From the sequence record SRR31156797_2049: DNA of 33,407 nt; one strand, written 5' to 3'. Positions 16,516-24,890 of this stretch are shown here, in pieces. The notes beneath the pieces are model-generated. The model had not been told where the DNA came from and searched no databases. It saw only the letters and a list, made by a program, of their open reading frames with translations. The position numbers and the translations under genes are program-made. Positions within the stretch are counted from its first letter, which is position 1. Every line of letters begins with the position of its first letter.

Positions 16516-19500
16516 ATGAAAATATCTCTACATTATAAATTAATACTGATCTTTCTGATATTTTTCTTCAATAAAATATCAGCACAGGATTTTATCAATC
16601 CTGTCATTATCTCTTTTGAAGATTCACAAAATCAAAATTGGTCTACACCATCTCCATCATGTATCGCGACAAGCACAGCACATTACAAACATGGTAAGCA
16701 AAGTTTAGAGTGGAAGTATGAACCTTATTCGGAATTGAAAATAGATCAGAATATCAATTTTAAACCTTTCGATCAAAATGCTATTGACAAGTCGATTCCA
16801 ACTTTTTGTGTTTGGGTTTACAACGAAACTCCTAAGAATGAAAAAATCAAATTTCAGTTCTTAACAGATAAACAAGTTAATTGCGAATTCGAATTTGGAA
16901 TTAATTTTAAAGGTTGGCGTGCAGCATGGGTTGCCTTTGAACGAGATATGAAGGGAAAACCAGCAACAAGTATGAATAATATGAAAATCATTGCTCCTGA
17001 AAGTAATTCAGGAACATTATTTTTCGATCATATCATGCTTTGTACACCTGCCGACAGCAGATGGAATACACCTGATTATCAGATTCCATTTGTGAATTCC
17101 CAAACTAAAAATCATTGGTTAATTCTTTACAAATCTAGCTTAAACAAGCCTACCGAGGAACTTAAACCCATAACACAAAAACAGATCAAAGGCATTCAAA
17201 CCATTAATAAAAGATACAGCAAGGATGTAATCAAAAAACTAAAAGTCAACTCGAAACTACTTAGTAAATTGAGAGATGCTTATAACCAATATGGTATTAC
17301 TCGAAACAATGGGCAAATATCCGGCAAGGTGATGTGGTTTTGTCGCTTTTCAGAAATTTACAAACCATACACTACAAAATTTAAAAACTATCACAACAGA
17401 AACGGGAAAGGATTTAAAGCTTATACAAAACTAATGTTCGAGTTAGCTTCAGCTTATAATCAAACCGACAATGCAGATTATAAAAAAGAATTGGAAGAGC
17501 TCTTCTTCAATATGTCCGATCATTTAATTGACCAGGGATGGGCTGAAGGAAGTGCAAACGGTACGCTGCATCATTTAGGTTATAGCATGAGAACCTACTA
17601 TTCCGCCTATTTTTTAATGCGCGAACGATTAATTCGCACTCATCGTGCCAAACAGGTGCAAAAAGCAATGGAATGGTATTCTGGTGCAAAAGAAGTCTTT
17701 GCTCCAATTCATGAAAAAGGCATGAGTATTGATGCTTTTAACACTTCTGTAATGGGACGCTTAGCAAGTATTTTAATGTTAGAAAATTCACCTGAAAAAG
17801 TTCGCTACTTAAATGCCTACGTTAATTGGATTAACAATGGCTTAGCTTATGCTCCCGGAGTAAAAGACTCTTTTAAAGTAGATGGTTCAGTTTTTCACCA
17901 TGCCAACAACTACCCGGCTTATGCCAACGGAGGTTACGATGGAGCAACTAAAATGGTCTATTTCTTTAGCAAAACACCTTTTCATATTTCAGAAGAAGGT
18001 CATAGAATCTTAAAAGAATCTTTATTAAAAACACGCCTCTTCTGCAATAAAGAAACATGGCCAACCTCAATGTCTGGTCGTCATCCGAATGGAAAAGGAA
18101 AACTTTCACAAGACCATTATATGTTTATGGCTTTATCGGGAACTCCCGATAGAAAAAATAAGATTGATGGCGAAATGGCTGCTGCTTATTTAAGGCTAAT
18201 GCTTGACAAAAAAGCAAGTAAAACAGTCAAAAGGTTACAGAAACTAGGCTATAAAGCAGAGTCGGATCCCAATGGAAACTGGACCATGAATTACGCAGCT
18301 TTAGGCATTCATCGTAGAGATAATTGGTCGGCAACAGCACAAGGACACAATCGCTATTTATGGGCTGCTGAGCATTATATTGGTGCTAATTATTACGGTC
18401 GTTACATGAAACATGGTCAAGTTCAAATCATCTCAGGAGATACCAACCCAAGCGTATTTACCTCTGGCTTTAATGTAAACGGATGGGATTGGGGACGTTT
18501 TGCAGGAACCACTGCTATTCATTTACCTATCGAAAAACTTCGTGCCAATATTCTTAATATTGATCAGCTTACTGGTTACGAAGAAATGTTAATTTCAGAT
18601 GAAGTCTTTGCGGGCGCTATCTCTCTTGAAGGTAAAAATGGTGCTTGGGCTATGAAATTGCACGAACACGACAAGTATAATGGTTCACATCGCGCTACGA
18701 AATCTGTTTTCTTTTTCGATAACAGAATCATTTGTTTGGGAAGCGATATTGAAAATACCAATGCTGAATATGAAACCGAGACAACTCTTTTTCAAAACTA
18801 TTTGAATGAGGAATCAGAAAGCATCACATTTAACAAAAATGAAATCGATCAGTTTCCTTACAAGAAAGTAAGTCAATCTAAAAAAGCCAGTTTATTAACT
18901 GATAATGTTGGCAACAGCTTTTACATACCCTCTAAGTATACTGTTGAAGTGGGTAAACAATTGCAACATTCAAAAGATCAGAAAAAAGAAAGCCCGAATA
19001 AAGGGAACTTTACAACAGCAGTAATTAAGCATGGAAAGGCGCCTAAAAATGCTGACTATGAATATGCAATTCTTGTGCAAAGCACACATAACGAACTTGT
19101 GCAATTTGCCAAAAAAATGGGTAAAAAGAAGAAAATGGCATATACTGTTCTTCAGAAAAACAAACACGCTCATATTGTTAGAGATCATGCCACAGCAACA
19201 ACTGCTTTTGCCTTATTCGAATCAAATTCCAATGTGAATCAATCAGACTTGATCTCTGTAAACGCACCTGCCTTAGTCATGATAAAAGATAAAGGCAATT
19301 CTAAAATAATGAGTCTTTGCGATCCAGATCTTCATCTTTATGAAGGAGAAGCTGATGTTATTATGGAAAATGGTAAGCGAAAAGAAAGAAGTGTCTACTC
19401 GAGAGATTGGGTGCGAAATGAAAGTAAGGTTTCAAAAATACAGCTTAGCATTAAAGGTAAATGGTCATTAAAAACAAATGAATATTGTAAATTATTAAGC

Positions 19501-19581
19501 AGCAATGCCAATGAAACCATTCTCGAATTTTCTTGCCAACACGGACTAACAAGAGAAATTGAATTAATAGCAAATAATTAA
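16516..19581 (+). CDS. PL8 chondroitinase ABC-type lyase (similar to B. thetaiotaomicron BT3324)
   Basis: INFKGWRAAWV; GTLHHLGYSMR; FHHANNYPAY; SGRHP; AEHY...NYYGRY..HG; GWDWGRFAGTTAIHLP. Start moved to ATG 16516. Confidence 0.94.
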   Translation: MKISLHYKLILIFLIFFFNKISAQDFINPVIISFEDSQNQNWSTPSPSCIATSTAHYKHGKQSLEWKYEPYSELKIDQNINFKPFDQNAIDKSIPTFCVWVYNETPKNEKIKFQFLTDKQVNCEFEFGINFKGWRAAWVAFERDMKGKPATSMNNMKIIAPESNSGTLFFDHIMLCTPADSRWNTPDYQIPFVNSQTKNHWLILYKSSLNKPTEELKPITQKQIKGIQTINKRYSKDVIKKLKVNSKLLSKLRDAYNQYGITRNNGQISGKVMWFCRFSEIYKPYTTKFKNYHNRNGKGFKAYTKLMFELASAYNQTDNADYKKELEELFFNMSDHLIDQGWAEGSANGTLHHLGYSMRTYYSAYFLMRERLIRTHRAKQVQKAMEWYSGAKEVFAPIHEKGMSIDAFNTSVMGRLASILMLENSPEKVRYLNAYVNWINNGLAYAPGVKDSFKVDGSVFHHANNYPAYANGGYDGATKMVYFFSKTPFHISEEGHRILKESLLKTRLFCNKETWPTSMSGRHPNGKGKLSQDHYMFMALSGTPDRKNKIDGEMAAAYLRLMLDKKASKTVKRLQKLGYKAESDPNGNWTMNYAALGIHRRDNWSATAQGHNRYLWAAEHYIGANYYGRYMKHGQVQIISGDTNPSVFTSGFNVNGWDWGRFAGTTAIHLPIEKLRANILNIDQLTGYEEMLISDEVFAGAISLEGKNGAWAMKLHEHDKYNGSHRATKSVFFFDNRIICLGSDIENTNAEYETETTLFQNYLNEESESITFNKNEIDQFPYKKVSQSKKASLLTDNVGNSFYIPSKYTVEVGKQLQHSKDQKKESPNKGNFTTAVIKHGKAPKNADYEYAILVQSTHNELVQFAKKMGKKKKMAYTVLQKNKHAHIVRDHATATTAFALFESNSNVNQSDLISVNAPALVMIKDKGNSKIMSLCDPDLHLYEGEADVIMENGKRKERSVYSRDWVRNESKVSKIQLSIKGKWSLKTNEYCKLLSSNANETILEFSCQHGLTREIELIANN

Positions 19582-19586
19582 TAACT

Positions 19587-19640
19587 ATTATTGTGTGTCG
19601 ATTGTAACTTATAATGAGATCCTAGTCAACACACAATAAT
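19587..19640 (+). other. Long intergenic stem-loop between PL8 and sulfatase (no U-tract)
   Basis: ATTATTGTGTGTCGATT ... AGTCAACACACAATAAT. Confidence 0.65.
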
Positions 19641-19671
19641 CCGATTAATTCGGAATAAAAAGTGACTTCAA

Positions 19672-21174
19672 ATGATTAAAAAAAATATATCCCGAAGAAA
19701 TTTCTTAAAAAGTTCAGCTGCTGTTACAGCTGGTTTGACCTTGATTCCGCAAGGATTCCTTACCTCTTGCATGAAGAATGGAAAAAAACCAAATTTACTT
19801 TTCATCTTTCCTGATCAGTACAGAAAACAGGCAATGGGATTTATGAATCAAGATCCTGTTAACACACCAAATATCGACGCCCTTTCAAAACAAGGAGTTG
19901 TATTTTCTAATGCAGTAAGTAATCATCCACTTTGCAGTCCTTATCGTGGAATGTTGTTAACAGGTAAGTATCCTTTATCAAATGGAGTTCTTTCAAATTG
20001 TCACTCAGGTCGTACAAAACATGGGAATTTTTTAAAACCTGATGATGTTTGCTTCTCGGATGTACTATCACAAAATAATTACAATGCAGGTTACGTTGGC
20101 AAGTGGCACTTAGATGGACCAGAACCACCTGAAGATGGGAAAGCTAATGTTTGGGATTCGTATTGCAAACCTGGCAGATATCGCCACGGGTTTGATTTTT
20201 GGTATTCTTACGGAGCTGACGACAATCACCTTACTCCTCACTATTGGATAAATGATGCAAAGGAAGAAGAAGCGAAGTACTTCGAGCAATGGTCTCCAGA
20301 GCATGAAGCCGAGATAGTTCAAAAATACTTGCAAAATGCTGGTGATAAGTTTAGAGATGATGAAAAACCATTCGCTTTATTCTGGGGAATTAATCCTCCT
20401 CACCATCCATTCAATCTGGTACCAGAAAAATACCAAAAAAACTTCGAAGGTAAAACTGAAAAAGATGTTTTGAATAGACCTAACGTTCAGTTTAGCAATA
20501 ATACTGAAATGGGCGATCATGGTTTTGGCGATATGTGGGTTGATGATCGCATTGATCAATCGACCGATTATTTTGCCATGTGTGAAGGTGTGGACGAACA
20601 AATTGGGAAAGTTTTACAAACACTAAAAGAACAAGGATTAGATGATAATACAATTGTCATTTTCACTTCCGATCATGGCGAGATGCTAGGAAGTCATGGT
20701 ATGATGCATAAGAACATTTGGTTTAGTGAAGCTTACGATATTCCGTTTATTATTCGTTGGCCAGAAAAAATAAAACCTGGAACTGATGATCTTCTTTTAA
20801 GTGTTCCCGACATAATGCCAACATTACTAAGTCTAATGGGAATGAAGAAGGATATTCCTGCTGAAGTAGAAGGAAAAGATTACTCAGGAATATTTAAAAA
20901 TGAGCCAGTGGAAAGACCCGAAGCTGCCTTGTATTTCTTCGCCAAACCTGAAGATGAAACTGAAAAAAGAAGAGGCGTTAAAACCCACACACACACATAC
21001 GTGATTGCCTTTGATAATAAAGGAGAAAAACATCAATTCTTATACGATGATGTAAATGATCCGTATCAGATGAAAAACATTTATGGTGAGAATACAGAAT
21101 TGGAACAGGATTTAACCGAAAAATTACGTGAGATTCTTATTAGAACCAACGATCCTTTTATCTCATTACTATAA
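19672..21174 (+). CDS. Cys-type chondroitin endo-4-O-sulfatase-like enzyme (S1_27, BT3349-like), predicted Tat-exported lipoprotein
   Basis: SRRNFLK twin-arginine motif plus LTSC lipobox; PNLLFIFPDQYR; CSPYRGMLLTG; GKWHLD; RHGFDFWYSYG..DNHLTP.YW; QWSPEHEA; NPPH. Confidence 0.9.
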   Translation: MIKKNISRRNFLKSSAAVTAGLTLIPQGFLTSCMKNGKKPNLLFIFPDQYRKQAMGFMNQDPVNTPNIDALSKQGVVFSNAVSNHPLCSPYRGMLLTGKYPLSNGVLSNCHSGRTKHGNFLKPDDVCFSDVLSQNNYNAGYVGKWHLDGPEPPEDGKANVWDSYCKPGRYRHGFDFWYSYGADDNHLTPHYWINDAKEEEAKYFEQWSPEHEAEIVQKYLQNAGDKFRDDEKPFALFWGINPPHHPFNLVPEKYQKNFEGKTEKDVLNRPNVQFSNNTEMGDHGFGDMWVDDRIDQSTDYFAMCEGVDEQIGKVLQTLKEQGLDDNTIVIFTSDHGEMLGSHGMMHKNIWFSEAYDIPFIIRWPEKIKPGTDDLLLSVPDIMPTLLSLMGMKKDIPAEVEGKDYSGIFKNEPVERPEAALYFFAKPEDETEKRRGVKTHTHTYVIAFDNKGEKHQFLYDDVNDPYQMKNIYGENTELEQDLTEKLREILIRTNDPFISLL

Positions 21175-21197
21175 TAACGATTAGCATATCGTGATCA

Positions 21198-21276
21198 AGA
21201 AAAGGAGTGGTATTGAAGATTCTATTTTTTTATTGAATTATCGCTTCATTTTGAATACTCAATACTCTCCTTTTCT
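21198..21276 (+). other. Extended imperfect inverted repeat between the sulfatase and the DUF1961 gene
   Basis: AGAAAAGGAGTGGTATTGA ... TCAATACTCTCCTTTTCT, ending 12 nt before the next ATG. Confidence 0.55.
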
Positions 21277-21288
21277 AATTTTTAATCT

Positions 21289-22140
21289 ATGAAGACAATA
21301 CTTAAACATCTGTTACTACTAACTCTTATTTCATATACACAGTTAATTTTTGCACAAGAGTCATTAGAAATCGGTAAAAATAAAAAGCTGGTATATGAGT
21401 GTAATTTCGATGAGAAATCATCCTTAAACGATTGGGTGATGGAAGGACCTGGAATTGCAAAAATCAACAAAGGCAGGTTGGAATTGTATTCGCGTTACCA
21501 CAAAAAGGTAAACCGAAAAATGAAAAAAGGAAAGGTAGTTTTTGAAGAAGATTCTCCCCAATGGTATCAGTACTATGTGGATGGATTGGCAAAAAAGGCA
21601 GAGCCCGAAATGTATCCAATCTACAAATCAGAAAAAAAATTCAGAGGCGGACATTTGGTTTATTGGAACAAAACCGTTTCTCCTGAGAACTATGTTATCG
21701 AATTTGATTTTCAAAGTCCTATTCCTTATCCTTTACACATGATCATGTTTTCAGCTACTGGTAAAAATGGTGAAAATGTATTCGATTCTAAACTAAAACC
21801 TCGCTGCGGTTTGGCAGGACAATACACCAAAGGGGATCTACACAACTATCGAATTTCTTTTCTTGCTCCAAAACGAGGAACTGCCAATATGCGCAAATGC
21901 CCGGGAAGAAGATTGGTCACAAAAGGAAGTGATCTTACATTAGATGATTTAACTGGAGAACATCACATGAAAGTAATCAAGTGGCAAAATCAGGTTGAAT
22001 TCAGAATCGATGGTAAATTGGTCTTTGTGTATACCGATGATGAAAAAGACAAAGCCTTTGGTGCCGGACAAACTGCCATTCGATTAATGGTTCCCGCAAG
22101 AGGTTTCTACGATAACTATAAAATTTACGAGTTAAAATAA
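21289..22140 (+). CDS. DUF1961-family (YesU-like, concanavalin A-like) secreted protein
   Basis: Signal peptide; WVMEGPG; GHLVYW; QYTKGDLHNYRISF; NMRKCPG; FRIDGK; GQTAIRLM. Confidence 0.78.
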   Translation: MKTILKHLLLLTLISYTQLIFAQESLEIGKNKKLVYECNFDEKSSLNDWVMEGPGIAKINKGRLELYSRYHKKVNRKMKKGKVVFEEDSPQWYQYYVDGLAKKAEPEMYPIYKSEKKFRGGHLVYWNKTVSPENYVIEFDFQSPIPYPLHMIMFSATGKNGENVFDSKLKPRCGLAGQYTKGDLHNYRISFLAPKRGTANMRKCPGRRLVTKGSDLTLDDLTGEHHMKVIKWQNQVEFRIDGKLVFVYTDDEKDKAFGAGQTAIRLMVPARGFYDNYKIYELK

Positions 22141-22158
22141 TTGATCCTAAATCAATTT

Positions 22159-22197
22159 AAAAATCCCTTTCCAGAAATGTAAAGGGATTTTTTGTTT
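22159..22197 (+). terminator. Intrinsic terminator
   Basis: AAAAATCCCTTT-loop-AAAGGGATTTTTT. Confidence 0.85.
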
Positions 22198-22227
22198 CTA
22201 TCAATATCGTTGAATCAATCTTCATTT

Positions 22228-22252
22228 TATCCCAAATCCCATTTTTGGCACT
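22228..22252. promoter_or_regulatory. Degenerate copy of the operator motif upstream of the beta-barrel receptor
   Basis: TATCCCAAATC-CCA-TTTTTGGCACT; same 3-nt spacer. Confidence 0.5.
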
Positions 22253-22345
22253 TCCCAGCACTCTAAATCCACCTAAAACACATTCTATTTCCATTTATTC
22301 GTGCAAAGATAATTTTCAAAATATTAATTCAGGAAAAATCATTTT

Positions 22346-24679
22346 ATGCGTTCAAGTCTTCTATTCCTTTTTTTCATTTATCTGTTCCCTGCAAATATAC
22401 AAGCCCAAGATCTATTCATCACCGGACAAGTTTTCGATACCAAACTCAATCAATCTTTACCTTTTGCACAAGTAGCCCTTTGTAATGTTGAATTTGATAA
22501 TGGCATGAGCGGAACCCTAACCGATGACGATGGACTATTCTCCATTGCTATTCAAAGAAACAACACCTATAAAATCATTATCCAGTACTTAGGATATGAA
22601 ACCTACGAGAAGCTCCTGAATATAATAACTAAAAACATAGACTTGGGTGTTATTCCTCTCTCTCCATCGGCTCACAACCTGCAGGAAATATTTGTAACAG
22701 CCGAAAAAAAATCAATAGGTAAAGAAAATGGAAATTGGGTTTTGTACCCTGATAAATTACCCGAAGGAGGAACCAATTCAGCCATCGAATTGCTTAGTTC
22801 AATTCCTTCGGTTGCCGTTGATATGGATGATGCTATTAACATTCGTGGACGTGAAGCCAGCATATTAATTGATGGTGTAAAAATTGATGATCAATCAGAA
22901 TTGGATCAAATATCGCCATCCGCTATTGCTAAAATAGAAGTCATACAAAACCCTTCTGCCAAATATGATGCTGATGGCAGTGTTATCAACATTCAATTGA
23001 AAGCACCAATACAATCTAGTTCCTCGAGTAATTTGAAAGCTTCAGTTGACCATTTTAAAAATCATCAGGAAAATTTTTCAACGAATAAAAAGCACAAAAA
23101 TTGGGGTGGTTTTCTGCAGGCTAACTCTAATATCAACCAATTTGATTCTGAAATAGATGTAAAAAGGAAAAACCTGCTTTCAGGCTCTCCTTTTTTGAAT
23201 CAACTCAAAAAACAAAGCATGAAAAACAACAAACAGCAAATTAGAGCAGGTTTGAATCATCGCTTATCTATAAAACATCTTTTTAAAATTGACATGCAAT
23301 TGCAAAATCATCAAACAGATCCATCTGTTTTTACTCATAAAGAAATTTTGAATTTTGATAAAGAATTGACCAAATACACAGAGCAAAATCAGAATATTGA
23401 AAAAGACAAAATAACTCAGCAATATAGTGCTCATTACATCGGGAAGTGGGAGAATGAAACGCTAAAAGTCAGATTGAATCACAGAAGACAAAATCAATGG
23501 GACAATCGTCATATAGAAAACATGAACTACTATCCCAATGGTGATGCATACTCAAACCTACCAGCTATTAAGAAAGATGATATTGATTGGGCTATAAGAA
23601 ATTATCAAATTAAAATTGATTATCAAAAACCAATTTCTTCTTCAACAACACTTGAAGCTGGAGCCGATTGGAAATATGAAGAACAAACACAAACAGCCTG
23701 TCAACAAAAATTTAAACACGATGAGAATAGCTGGGTAATCAATCCAGCGAAAACATTCGATTATCATTACAGTAGACGTAATATTGCCACTTATGGTATT
23801 CTAGAAATCAAAAAAGAGAATTGGTTTCTCCTTGCAGGATCAAGATTCAGATTTATTGAATTATCTACAAACAACGCAAGAGAAGAGATTACAAGTAGTC
23901 AATACAATTTCTACCCAAGTGTTTTGCCTACGATTAATATCGGTAAAAACTGGCAGCAAAGCGATCTTGGTTTTTCCTATAAAAAAAGTCAAAAGTTACC
24001 CCGATCGGCTCAATTAAATTCTTTTAAAAATGATGCCAATCCTTTAAACATACAATTTGGTAATCCTGATTTAAAACCAGAAAAAGAACACTCCTTCTCT
24101 CTTGATTATTCTATGCAAAAAGAAAATTTACAGCTTGGAATTGCACTCTTTCATCGCATGATACAAGATGTGATTATGCAGCAATACTACACTCATGGAG
24201 ACACATTGTTCCGATCCTTTAATAATATGGCAAAACAGTTTGTAACCGGTAATGAATACACTTTTAATTTCAAACCAACGAAATGGTGCAGGCTAAATGG
24301 AAGTAGTACTTTATATCGCCAAAAGTTTACTGGAAAAAATTTAAGCTTAGGTAAAAAGAAGATGTGGAGCTATAATTTTAAAGTAGGAGGGCAATTTCAG
24401 CTACCTAAAAAACTAAATATGATGATCAACTACAATTATATCTCAAAAACTCTCACTGTCAACGGTGTAAAAGGTAATTTGTACAATCTGGATCTAGCAT
24501 TTAGCCGAGATTTCTTACATAAAAAATTAAAAATTTCTGTAAAAGGAATTAACCTACTCGACAGCAAAAATCAATGGACGGATATTGAAAACCTCCAATT
24601 TACAGCTCGTAACATTCGTTATCAGGATAGCAGAAGATTAATTGTAGGAATGGTTTACAAATGGAATCATAAAAACTAG
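22346..24679 (+). CDS. Outer-membrane beta-barrel / TonB-dependent receptor (non-SusC, OMP_b-brl_3-like) with N-terminal CarboxypepD_reg-like domain
   Basis: Signal peptide; ITGQVFD...LPFAQV; GTLTDDDGLF; LLSSIPSV.VD..; IEVIQNPSAKYDA; GNPDLKPE; aromatic-rich C-terminal strand. Confidence 0.85.
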   Translation: MRSSLLFLFFIYLFPANIQAQDLFITGQVFDTKLNQSLPFAQVALCNVEFDNGMSGTLTDDDGLFSIAIQRNNTYKIIIQYLGYETYEKLLNIITKNIDLGVIPLSPSAHNLQEIFVTAEKKSIGKENGNWVLYPDKLPEGGTNSAIELLSSIPSVAVDMDDAINIRGREASILIDGVKIDDQSELDQISPSAIAKIEVIQNPSAKYDADGSVINIQLKAPIQSSSSSNLKASVDHFKNHQENFSTNKKHKNWGGFLQANSNINQFDSEIDVKRKNLLSGSPFLNQLKKQSMKNNKQQIRAGLNHRLSIKHLFKIDMQLQNHQTDPSVFTHKEILNFDKELTKYTEQNQNIEKDKITQQYSAHYIGKWENETLKVRLNHRRQNQWDNRHIENMNYYPNGDAYSNLPAIKKDDIDWAIRNYQIKIDYQKPISSSTTLEAGADWKYEEQTQTACQQKFKHDENSWVINPAKTFDYHYSRRNIATYGILEIKKENWFLLAGSRFRFIELSTNNAREEITSSQYNFYPSVLPTINIGKNWQQSDLGFSYKKSQKLPRSAQLNSFKNDANPLNIQFGNPDLKPEKEHSFSLDYSMQKENLQLGIALFHRMIQDVIMQQYYTHGDTLFRSFNNMAKQFVTGNEYTFNFKPTKWCRLNGSSTLYRQKFTGKNLSLGKKKMWSYNFKVGGQFQLPKKLNMMINYNYISKTLTVNGVKGNLYNLDLAFSRDFLHKKLKISVKGINLLDSKNQWTDIENLQFTARNIRYQDSRRLIVGMVYKWNHKN

Positions 24680-24890
24680 GAAAGTTTCTTTCATTTGTTT
24701 TTTTACCTTCAAACAAAATCAACACAAACAAGTTGCATTATAAAAATGATTGAGCAAAATTGAAACCATTTAGATTTTCTAAACTAACAAGAACTGAAAA
24801 AATAGTATGTTTTTATCGTTACCTATTTAGGTAAAGACCGGAAAATGGTTTTTTTAAGCTTTGCCTGTTTAGGTAATGCGTAAAATCTTT

